A stretch of 24,549 nucleotides of DNA from assembly GCA_031372565.1 (NCBI GenBank), contig JANMLN010000103.1, forward strand, positions 1 through 24,549. Direction: 5' to 3'. Below, one piece after another: positions 17,219 through 24,549 of the stretch. The translations under genes were made by a program, and so were the position numbers. The first letter of the stretch is position 1; each line of letters begins with the position of its first letter. This DNA comes from Gemmatimonadota bacterium (GTDB taxonomy: Bacteria; Gemmatimonadota; Gemmatimonadetes; Gemmatimonadales; Gemmatimonadaceae). A model generated the notes under the pieces. It ran no database searches. It worked only from the letters and a program-made list of their open reading frames with translations, and was not told the DNA's origin.

Positions 17219-18535
17219 TTAATACGTTCTCCCGGTTCTGTAGGCGAGGTCAGGGCCCACGCTCGCATCCCGCAGGGCGGGGAGCAGGAGGGCGGCCTGA
17301 TCAGGGCGTTCAAACGCCCCTGCAAAAATGGTCACTTTCCCGTCGTCCTGCACGAGGGCGTACGCCGGTAACCCCGAGCGACGCCAGCGCGCGAGCGCAA
17401 GGGGGGTTGTGTCGCGCGGCACGTTCATTTCGAGACGGAAACCGAACGGCGCCTGAAGCACACGTGCCGAACCGTCCGTCGCTCGCTTGCGCCGCACGAG
17501 GTCCGCCAGCAACGAGTCGGCCTCGCGGCGCGATGCGTACGCACCGGCCACGACTCGGAACCAGAGCGACCGCGAACCGCCCAGCAGGGCGGGGGAGACC
17601 GTCCCCGCCGACAGCGAGTCCTTGAGCGCGAGCACGGCACCGGCCAGGGTATTGGTCGCGAGCAGCTCGACGGTGAACGCGACCGCGCGCGCGGAGTCTT
17701 CCGGGTTGGCGATCGGCAATGCGGTGGTATCGACCGGCACCGTGTCGACCGCCGGCACGCGCTCGACGGGCGCCGGGGCGGGCGGGAGTGCCACCGGAGG
17801 CGGGGCGCTCGACGAGCGGAGCGACAGCGCACCGCCAACGCCCACCACGACCAGCAGGGCCACGAGCGCCAGCAGCCGAGTGCGCGAAGGCGCGCGCGCC
17901 GCTCCGCGCGCTGCGTCCGGCGGCTCGGTACCAAGCGGCGGGGCGTTTGCCGTGTCTTCAGCAGCGATCGCGGGCGCGTGAGCTCCCGGCGCGCTCGGCA
18001 CGGGCAGCAGCGTTGCCAGTGTGTGCACATCGGGGCCAAGCACGACGTCGGTGCCCACGATGATGGCGCCCCCGAGTCGTCGCGCGAGCCCTTCGGCTTC
18101 CGGTTCGTCCGCGCTCGCCACCACGATGAGGAGCGCGTTCACCTCCCGGAACCCCCGCGCGAGCCGGTCCCACCGCGTGCTGGCCAGCACGTCGGGCGCT
18201 GCCGCCTCGAAGCCCCCTGCGGGCAGGATGAACAGGCGCTCGGTGCCCGGTACAGGGCGTGCCACGCGGTTGAGCGATACGCCGTGCACGAAGCTGTCGG
18301 CAATGCCCGGCGCGTCCGGATCGTCGACCAGCGCGGCGAGCGTCCGGGATTCACCGAGCAGGTCGGCGAGCGCGACCTGCTGGCGATCGGACAGCGCGCG
18401 TGCCAACCCGAGCGCCGCATGGGCGGTGCACTCCGCATCCTTGCCAAGCACCACCAGGGCGAATGTCTCGACGGGGAGCGAGGCAGCCGCTCGTCGCCCA
18501 GCCTCCTCCCATGACGCCCAGAGCACCGCGCTCAC
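17219..18535 (-). CDS. Inner-membrane protein: degenerate BY-kinase/MinD-like N-terminal domain, TM helix, Pro-rich linker and SPOR-like domain(s)
   Basis: N-terminal VALADL...PGIADSF...LFILPAG. TM segment LLALVALLVVVGVGGALSL. C-terminal WFRVVAGAYASRREA and IFAGAFERPDQA. GTGA overlap with the upstream gene. Confidence 0.75.
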   Translation of the reverse strand: MSAVLWASWEEAGRRAAASLPVETFALVVLGKDAECTAHAALGLARALSDRQQVALADLLGESRTLAALVDDPDAPGIADSFVHGVSLNRVARPVPGTERLFILPAGGFEAAAPDVLASTRWDRLARGFREVNALLIVVASADEPEAEGLARRLGGAIIVGTDVVLGPDVHTLATLLPVPSAPGAHAPAIAAEDTANAPPLGTEPPDAARGAARAPSRTRLLALVALLVVVGVGGALSLRSSSAPPPVALPPAPAPVERVPAVDTVPVDTTALPIANPEDSARAVAFTVELLATNTLAGAVLALKDSLSAGTVSPALLGGSRSLWFRVVAGAYASRREADSLLADLVRRKRATDGSARVLQAPFGFRLEMNVPRDTTPLALARWRRSGLPAYALVQDDGKVTIFAGAFERPDQAALLLPALRDASVGPDLAYRTGRTY

Positions 18536-20028
18536 GGCGCCCCCTCGATGATCCAGTAGTCCCGCCGCGCCGCTCGCCCGACCTTCACCGCATCGTCGCG
18601 GCTCGGGTACGGTCCCAGCACCACACGATATACGGTGGTCCCCGCCTGGCGCGTCGTCATCACGCGCGCGTGTTCGCCGCCCACGATGATCGCGCGTGCG
18701 CTGCTCTCGGCGGCCGATGCGTCCAGGAGCGCCGCGAACGACACGACGAAGCCACGCAGCACGGGCGCGGCGCCCGGGCCCGCTGCCGCGCCGGGGATGG
18801 CTGCCGCGCCCCCGGTGGAGGTGGCGCGCTTCGCATCGGCGTCGAGCGGGTCGGGCTCCGGCGCCCGCGCGGTGTCAGGCAGGCTGTCGGCGCTCGAGGC
18901 GGCAAACTGCATCGGTTCCGCGTCGCGCACCGGTGCGCGAAATCCGTTCCACGAAAACAGGTGCCAGCTGTCCGCGGCCCCGCCCGTGTATCGGCTGAGT
19001 GCGCGCTGGGTGGAAGGGTCCCACCGCTCGACATCGTCACCCACAAGGCGCACGAGCGAGCCGTCCGGGGCCACCGTGGGCAGGTCGTCGCGCCATGCGC
19101 TGGTCGTTGTCGCGGCAAGCGACATGGTGCCGAGCGCCAGGACCCACACGGCGTCACCGCGTGCCGCACGCACCAACAACCAGCGGCCGAGGGGGTCCAT
19201 GCGCAGCGCGCTGGCGGCCGCAGGCAGCGGGACCGTGCGCTCGATCGCGTCACGGTAGCGGTCCACCACGGTAAGCGACGTTGCGTCGCCCGTGAGCGCA
19301 AAGACCCGATCGCCGCTCGGACTCGCCGCGAGCGCGCGCGGCGTACCGCCGATCGACACGGCCGGACCCGCCTTCATGTCGCGCGTGCGCACCCCGACCA
19401 ACCCGGCCCCGGTCACCAGAAAGAGTCGGTCGCCGAGCGGCGTGGCCACTCCGAACTGTCCATCGGGCACCAGGAGCGAGTCGGCCAGGCGTGGGGCGGG
19501 TGGCCGCGCCCGGTAGAGGTGCGCCCCGTCGGCGCGCTCCACGACGATCAGCACCGCGCCATCCGGCGTTGGGACCACGGCCGTCGGGATCACGTCGAAG
19601 GCGCTCGACCAGCTCTCGCCCGTTGGGGTGAGGCGGCGCACGGTCCGGTCGGCCATGCCGAACGTCGCCCACCCATCGGCCGACCGCGCCGAGATCAAGC
19701 GCACTTTCTCGGCCAGAATGCGACCGGCGCGCAGCTCGATGCGGACCGGATGTCCGCCCGTATCCATGGCCGCGAGCGCGCCATCCTCGTCGTCGAACGC
19801 CAGCACCTGCGCGAGCGGCGGCACCGGTGCGGGCGACACCCAGAGCGCACTGTCGCCCGCAGGCCACGCCAGAACGCGCGCCATCCCCCCCGCGCGGGGG
19901 ACACGGAGCGCGAGTTGGTCGGCGGGGCGGCTCGGAGTCGCGGGAGCGCCGGCGGTGCGCGGGGCACGTCGGTCCGGCGAGCCGCAGCCAGCGGCCACCA
20001 GCACCGCTAGCAAGGCAAGATTGCGCAC
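18532..20028 (-). CDS. Lipoprotein with YncE/YVTN-like beta-propeller and C-terminal SPOR domain
   Basis: Lipobox LVAAG-C. Propeller-like repeats (PRALAASPSGDRVF, LRMDPLGRWLL, PTVAPDGS). SPOR segment FVVSFAA...YRVVLGPYPSRDDA. Confidence 0.8.
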   Translation of the reverse strand: MRNLALLAVLVAAGCGSPDRRAPRTAGAPATPSRPADQLALRVPRAGGMARVLAWPAGDSALWVSPAPVPPLAQVLAFDDEDGALAAMDTGGHPVRIELRAGRILAEKVRLISARSADGWATFGMADRTVRRLTPTGESWSSAFDVIPTAVVPTPDGAVLIVVERADGAHLYRARPPAPRLADSLLVPDGQFGVATPLGDRLFLVTGAGLVGVRTRDMKAGPAVSIGGTPRALAASPSGDRVFALTGDATSLTVVDRYRDAIERTVPLPAAASALRMDPLGRWLLVRAARGDAVWVLALGTMSLAATTTSAWRDDLPTVAPDGSLVRLVGDDVERWDPSTQRALSRYTGGAADSWHLFSWNGFRAPVRDAEPMQFAASSADSLPDTARAPEPDPLDADAKRATSTGGAAAIPGAAAGPGAAPVLRGFVVSFAALLDASAAESSARAIIVGGEHARVMTTRQAGTTVYRVVLGPYPSRDDAVKVGRAARRDYWIIEGAP

Positions 20029-20034
20029 TGAGGA

Positions 20035-20063
20035 AAGTTAGCCGCCGCTTCGGTCGGCTACAA
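20035..20063 (-). promoter_or_regulatory. Sigma70-type promoter, probably giving a leaderless mRNA
   Basis: On the - strand: TTGTAG (20063-20058), 17-bp spacer, TAACTT (20040-20035), 6 nt, then GTG start at 20028. No SD sequence. Confidence 0.65.
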
Positions 20064-20105
20064 GCGAAACGGGCGGTGCGCCCCGCACTGGAGCACACCG
20101 CCCGT
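20060..20105 (-). terminator. Intrinsic terminator after the Omp85 gene
   Basis: On the - strand: ACGGGCGGTGTGCTCC-AGTGC-GGGGCGCACCGCCCGT (16-bp stem including G-U pairs), followed by TTCGCTTGT, about 20 nt after the stop. Confidence 0.65.
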
Positions 20106-20125
20106 CATGCCGTCCTCGGCCCGCG

Positions 20126-23100
20126 CTAGAACGACTGGCCGAGCGAGAAGACCCAGTAGCCGCGCCGCTGTGGATCGGCCAGCGGAACGGCATAGTCCCA
20201 CCGGAGCGGGGCGATGTTGAAGAGGTTGAAGCGCAGCCCGAAGCCGTAGGAGGCATTGGGCGAGCGGACCAGATCGCGCGTGTTCCCGGCGGGCTCGGTG
20301 AAGGCAATCTTCTGCCCAGGATTCCACGCCAAGCCGGCGTCGAAGAAGAACAAGCCGTCGAGCGGCGGCAATGAAATCGGCAGCACCCCCAAGTCGAGCC
20401 GGCGAATGATCGGGAATCGGAGTTCCGCGTTGAACAGGGCGGTGCGGCTGCCAATCAGCGTCGAGGCGGAACAGGCGTTGAGGTTCCCACCAATCTCCGG
20501 CAAGCAGCCGCTCGCGAATGCGTTTTCGCGATCGTACCCGCGCACCGACCACGGGCGGCCGATGTACATCGGGAAACGGGACTCGTCAGCGCCCTTGCGG
20601 ATGACGGAGTTGAAGCGTGTCGCGACCGTGAGGAATCCGAACAAGATCGGGTCGTATCGCCGGTAGTCGACCGAACCTTCCCAGTACTGGATGCCGCCGA
20701 AGATGGGTGAGACCGCGACACGGATGCGGCGACCTGACAGCGGACCATTGTAGCCCACGAGCGCGTTGTCCACGACGTAGCCCACGGAAGGTGCCAGCAG
20801 CGAGAAGACGGAGCCGTTGGTGACATCGCCAATCCGGAGACCGCTCGAGAAGCCGTTGACCGGGTCGATGTCGCGTTCGAAGTTGAGCGCGGCCTGGTCG
20901 ACGTTCGTGTACCCGAGCCCGAATTCCCATCGGGTGAACCGGTTGATCGGATAGGACATCTGCCCGAAGACCGACCGGTCGATGCGGCGGAAGACCGTCT
21001 GTCGCTCGGTAAAGGTGCCGTCGCCCCGGTCGATGGCGCTCGATCCGGCGTAGAAGAAGAGGGGTTGCTGGCTCAGCCCCACGGCCCACTGCCAGCGGCT
21101 CGCGAGGTTCTGGTAGACGCCGAACACGGCGGCTTCCTGGATCCGACCGTTGATCGCAGCCGATACCGCGAGTCGGCTGTTGCCCAGAAGGTCGGAGAAC
21201 ACGATCGTGGTGCCGCCAGACACGCCGCGTCCGAAATTGTCCTGCGCATATCCCACCACGGGCTGCGCCACGTACTCCGCCTGCAGCGTGGTGCGATACG
21301 GATACGTGCGGAAGGCCGAACCGTCGGGCAGCGCCAACTCGGCGCTGTCGAGCAGCGCGACCACGCTGATGGCATCGCCGCCGCGCCCCTTGTTCTCCAC
21401 AGGTAGATCGGCCGAGTTTCGCACGCCCGCGGGCGATCGATAAAACGATCCGCGCCGCGACGTCGGGTCGACCTGCGGCGCCATGGTGGCACCGCGAGGC
21501 AAGTTGGCCGCGGGAGGCACGGGGGTGCCGGGTGCGCCCGGTAGAGGGCGGGCGACCGCCCCTTCGCCGGCGCCGACCGCAGACGGAAAATCGGTGACCG
21601 GTCCCGCCCCGCTCGCCACGACACGACCGGCGCCGGAGGGCACGCTCACGCCCTGCGCGATCACGGACGGCACGGCGGAGTTGCCGTCCCGATACGGCTG
21701 CTTCTTGAGCTGCCGCGGATTCGACATCGACCACACCGTGTAATCGCCGTTCTCGTAGTACACGAACGCCAACTTGTCGGCGCCACGCGCCCAGGTGAGC
21801 GCCGGGCTGAACTCCGAGATCGCCGACGTCCCGCCGACCAGGTTGGTCAGCTGGAAGTGCTCCTTGGTCGCCACGTCGTACAGAAAGACGTTGGACGATC
21901 CGGCGCGATCGCTGATGTAGGCGATGGAGCGCCCATCGGGGGCCCACATCGGGTTGATGTTGAGGCCGCCCTGGCCCGGCAGTGCGGTAATGGTGCCGCT
22001 CTCGAGGTCGAGAATCGTGATCGAGAGCGGCGCGAACTTGAGACGCGCGAGATCCGTGCCCGGTCCGCGATCACTGACGAACGCGATCTGGCGTCCGTCC
22101 GGTGACCACTGCGGCATCAGGTCGCCGTAGATGTCCTTCGTCAGCCGTCGCACGTTGCGGCCGTCGCGGTCCATCATGTACAGGTCGGTGATGCCGCCCT
22201 GGTTGCCGCTGAACACGAGGCGCCGCCCATCGGGCGACCAGCTCGGATTGAGCGCCTGATCCACCGGCAGCTGGTCGAACGTGCGCACGATCTTCTGCGA
22301 CTTGACGTCCACGAGGTAGAGGACGTCCTTGCCTTCCTTCTGTGCCGTGAACGCCAACGTGCGCCCGTCGGGCGAGAACGCGCTCTGCGAATAGATGAGG
22401 CGCAGCTCTTCGAAGTCCGAGTTGGTCGTCGTCGCCACCAGCCGCTTGATCCGCTTGCCCGTGCGTGCATCGGCCAGCCAGAGATCGGGAAAGACCTCGC
22501 CGCGCAGGAACGAACCGACGGAGATGAACGCCACCAGGTTGCCGTCATCCGAGAGCGACGGCGCGATGAACAGGTTCCCGTCGGTCTTCCGCGCGTTCAG
22601 CATCGGCTGCGAGAACTTGCGCGGCCGGTCCTGGACCGCGAGCGTCGGCAGCAACTGCGACTGCATCGCCTCCTTCCACTCGTCTCCCAATTCGTCGAGC
22701 GTCACGCCGAGTTCGGCCCGGAACGCCCGTTCCAGTCCGCGATTCGGCAGCCCGTTCATGATGTCGCCGATGACTTCGTCGCCCCACCGCGCGCCCACGT
22801 ACGCCCAGAGCGAACTGCCATAGCGATACGGGAAATACTCGCTCGGCTGCTGCGTCATCTGCTGGATCGTCGGCAGATGCCCGTTGATCGCCGCATCGCG
22901 CATCACGAGCTTCGTGTGCGCGTGATTGGGCCCCAGCGTCAGGTACTCCGCCATGCCCTCGATGAACCAGAGGGGCGGATTCACCTGCGCCAGCACCTGC
23001 AGGCCGGCGCCCGCCTGACCGCGCGCGAAGATGTCGTACTGGAACACGTGCACCATCTCGTGGCCCAGCACGTGGTCGAAGCTCTTCATGTCCCCGGTGA

Positions 23101-23482
23101 ACGGAATCTGGGCGCGCTGCCGGAGCGCGTCCGTCACGCCGCCGGTCCCTTCGCCCAGGTCACCGGTGATGTTGTTCTGCCCGAACCCTTGCCGCGATGC
23201 GAAGAAGATGAGCGGCTTCTTCTCGCGGAACTGGTGCTTGAGCAGCTTCGAGAGTCGCGCGTACTGCCGTTCCGCCATGCGCGCGCCCTCGCGCGTCGCC
23301 TCGGCGATCTCGGGGTAGTAGTGGATCAGGAAGTGCTCCGTCTCCATCACCTGCCAGTCGAACTTCTGGTAGGCGACCTGGTTCTGCCCGAAGCCGCCCG
23401 TGCCCTGCTGCTGCGCGCCGAGCGGGCGAAGGGCAACGGCGGCGATGAGGGCGGCGGCGATCCAACGCGGTGTGCGGGTCAT
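20126..23482 (-). CDS. Omp85/BamA-superfamily outer membrane protein with N-terminal gluzincin-like peptidase and TolB/PD40 beta-propeller
   Basis: Likely start is ATG 23482 (ATGA overlap with the rsfS stop), 1118 aa, with signal peptide. HEMVH (23048-23062) plus WFIEGMAEY; repeated FSPDG/WSPDG/WAPDG; barrel with VRGY (20534-20545), FFDAG and terminal FSLGQSF. Confidence 0.88.
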   Translation of the reverse strand: MTRTPRWIAAALIAAVALRPLGAQQQGTGGFGQNQVAYQKFDWQVMETEHFLIHYYPEIAEATREGARMAERQYARLSKLLKHQFREKKPLIFFASRQGFGQNNITGDLGEGTGGVTDALRQRAQIPFTGDMKSFDHVLGHEMVHVFQYDIFARGQAGAGLQVLAQVNPPLWFIEGMAEYLTLGPNHAHTKLVMRDAAINGHLPTIQQMTQQPSEYFPYRYGSSLWAYVGARWGDEVIGDIMNGLPNRGLERAFRAELGVTLDELGDEWKEAMQSQLLPTLAVQDRPRKFSQPMLNARKTDGNLFIAPSLSDDGNLVAFISVGSFLRGEVFPDLWLADARTGKRIKRLVATTTNSDFEELRLIYSQSAFSPDGRTLAFTAQKEGKDVLYLVDVKSQKIVRTFDQLPVDQALNPSWSPDGRRLVFSGNQGGITDLYMMDRDGRNVRRLTKDIYGDLMPQWSPDGRQIAFVSDRGPGTDLARLKFAPLSITILDLESGTITALPGQGGLNINPMWAPDGRSIAYISDRAGSSNVFLYDVATKEHFQLTNLVGGTSAISEFSPALTWARGADKLAFVYYENGDYTVWSMSNPRQLKKQPYRDGNSAVPSVIAQGVSVPSGAGRVVASGAGPVTDFPSAVGAGEGAVARPLPGAPGTPVPPAANLPRGATMAPQVDPTSRRGSFYRSPAGVRNSADLPVENKGRGGDAISVVALLDSAELALPDGSAFRTYPYRTTLQAEYVAQPVVGYAQDNFGRGVSGGTTIVFSDLLGNSRLAVSAAINGRIQEAAVFGVYQNLASRWQWAVGLSQQPLFFYAGSSAIDRGDGTFTERQTVFRRIDRSVFGQMSYPINRFTRWEFGLGYTNVDQAALNFERDIDPVNGFSSGLRIGDVTNGSVFSLLAPSVGYVVDNALVGYNGPLSGRRIRVAVSPIFGGIQYWEGSVDYRRYDPILFGFLTVATRFNSVIRKGADESRFPMYIGRPWSVRGYDRENAFASGCLPEIGGNLNACSASTLIGSRTALFNAELRFPIIRRLDLGVLPISLPPLDGLFFFDAGLAWNPGQKIAFTEPAGNTRDLVRSPNASYGFGLRFNLFNIAPLRWDYAVPLADPQRRGYWVFSLGQSF

Positions 23483-23886
23483 GAGGCAGTTCCTTGCGGC
23501 GCAATCCGCACTTCGGGGGCATCGCTCCAGAGTCGCTCGAGCTGGTAGAAGCTGCGCAGCGTGGGGTGGAAGACGTGGACCACCACATCCACGAAGTCGA
23601 GGAGGACCCACCGCCCCTGCTGCAACCCTTCCACGTGATTGACGGGGTGCCCCGCCTCGCGCATGGCATCGATCACATGCTCGGCGGTGCTGCGCACGTG
23701 GGTGTCCGACGTTCCGCTCGCGATCACGAAGAAATCCGTCATGTCGGTCACGGGCGCGAGATCGAGTACCAGGACGTCGCTGGCCTTGTTGTCCACGCAG
23801 CTGTGGGCGGCGAGCTGGGCCAGGCGCTGTGTGGCACTTCGAGGAGCGACAGCGGACGAAGTCGTCATGCGGAGGGCGTGGGTCAC
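23479..23886 (-). CDS. rsfS: Ribosomal silencing factor RsfS (iojap/YbeB)
   Basis: NKASDVLVLDL, DFFVIASGTSDTHV, WVLLDFVDVVVHVF and RSFYQLERLW motifs. Start is either GTG 23886 or ATG 23868. Confidence 0.95.
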   Translation of the reverse strand: MTHALRMTTSSAVAPRSATQRLAQLAAHSCVDNKASDVLVLDLAPVTDMTDFFVIASGTSDTHVRSTAEHVIDAMREAGHPVNHVEGLQQGRWVLLDFVDVVVHVFHPTLRSFYQLERLWSDAPEVRIAPQGTAS

Positions 23887-24027
23887 GTGAGCGATTCGAA
23901 CTCCCTCGACTGGAAAAGGTTCCGCCGGGGCGTCGGCCGGAAGATGCTAGGTGGGAGCGGCTGCTCGCCATGGGGAACGACCGGTTGCATACCGCCGGCC
24001 CGACGGCGGATACCTGGCAGACGCACA

Positions 24028-24060
24028 CGGGGGGCCCGGCGTTCGTCGCCGGGCCCCCCG
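24028..24060 (-). terminator. Strong hairpin downstream of rplI (probable terminator)
   Basis: CGGGGGGCCCGGCG-TTCGT-CGCCGGGCCCCCCG, a perfect 14-bp stem 25 nt after the rplI stop. U-tract is weak. Confidence 0.7.
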
Positions 24061-24085
24061 CAGCCAAAAGCAAGGCGTTCGGGCG

Positions 24086-24529
24086 TTAGCCCTTGATCAC
24101 CCACACCTTGATCTCGGGGTGCACGCCGGCGTGGAGCCGGACCGGCACCTTGTAGACGCCGAGGGCCTTGATCGGCTCGTGCAGCTCGATCATGCGCTTC
24201 TCGACGTGGAAGCCCTGGGCCTCGAGCTGGTGCGCGATGTCGGTGGCGGTGATCGAGCCGAACAGCTTCCCCTCGTCGCCCACGCGCGCGGCGAAGGTCA
24301 GCTGCACCTGCTCGAGCTTGGTCGCGATTTCGCTCGCGGCCGCCTTGCGGGTGGCCTCGGCGGCCTCGAGACGGGCGCGCTCCTGCTCGATGCGCTTGCG
24401 GTTCCCGGCGGTGGCTTCGTACGCCAGCCCGCGCGGAAGGAGGAAGTTGCGGCCGTAGCCCGGTGAGACCTTCACGATCTCACCCGGCTCGCCAAGCTGG
24501 TCGATGGCCGCGCGAAGGATGACGTCCAT
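24086..24529 (-). CDS. rplI: 50S ribosomal protein L9
   Basis: MDVIL..LGEPGEIVKVSPGYGRNFLLPRGLA, GKLFGSIT and PIKALG motifs. GGAG RBS favours ATG 24529. Confidence 0.97.
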   Translation of the reverse strand: MDVILRAAIDQLGEPGEIVKVSPGYGRNFLLPRGLAYEATAGNRKRIEQERARLEAAEATRKAAASEIATKLEQVQLTFAARVGDEGKLFGSITATDIAHQLEAQGFHVEKRMIELHEPIKALGVYKVPVRLHAGVHPEIKVWVIKG

Positions 24530-24549
24530 GTTCACTCCGAAGATTGGGG

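Noticed and set aside
12548..17371. 1607-aa + strand ORF
   Set aside because: Antisense shadow of smc, the MBL hydrolase and aroF. No motifs, and long stop-free antisense frames are expected at this GC content.
23889..23907. tRNA T-arm-like GGGAGTTCGAATCGCTC on the - strand upstream of rsfS
   Set aside because: The stem is mismatched, and there is no acceptor, D or anticodon arm, no CCA and no nearby integrase. It is probably chance or part of the rsfS leader.
23483..24073. N-terminal 197-aa extension of the Omp85 ORF in the track
   Set aside because: It overlaps rsfS and the rplI terminator. The signal peptide begins at ATG 23482. The same reasoning applies to the over-long starts at 1923, 8417, 12718 and 13245.
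24532..24549. Possible 3' end of a gene upstream of rplI (…PQSSE*)
   Set aside because: Only a few codons fall in the window, so it cannot be identified.
1..24549. CRISPR array, rRNA/tRNA genes, defence systems
   Set aside because: No regularly spaced repeats or recognisable RNA genes or defence domains were seen. The smc here is the housekeeping type, with no Wadjet/Mks partner genes.

Overview
GC-rich bacterial chromosomal window. Gene content and order suggest a diderm lineage, probably Gemmatimonadota (inference, not verified). Two convergent housekeeping blocks flank a more variable middle. The left block (+ strand) is prfA 3' end, prmC, a YlbF-like gene, tmk and an S41 carboxyl-terminal protease. 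The right block (- strand) is rplI, then rsfS with a peptidase/beta-propeller/Omp85 fusion, then a tightly packed operon: beta-propeller-SPOR lipoprotein, pseudo-ATPase-TM-SPOR protein, smc, MBL hydrolase, aroF, lolA. The middle (about 3.7-11.1 kb) holds a Nudix-MBL fusion, a secreted NTF2-like protein, a pstSCAB1B2 phosphate-type ABC operon, an unannotated 53-aa membrane protein and a PNPOx-like flavoprotein. The most notable observations are: (1) the two PstB subunits carry complementary motif degenerations that all map to one composite ATP site, predicting an asymmetric importer; (2) a degenerate BY-kinase/MinD-like domain is fused through a TM helix to SPOR and encoded directly against smc, in an operon with a probable leaderless sigma70 promoter. 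No rRNA, tRNA, CRISPR array or mobile element was recognised. All family calls come from motif recognition by eye; no database search was run.
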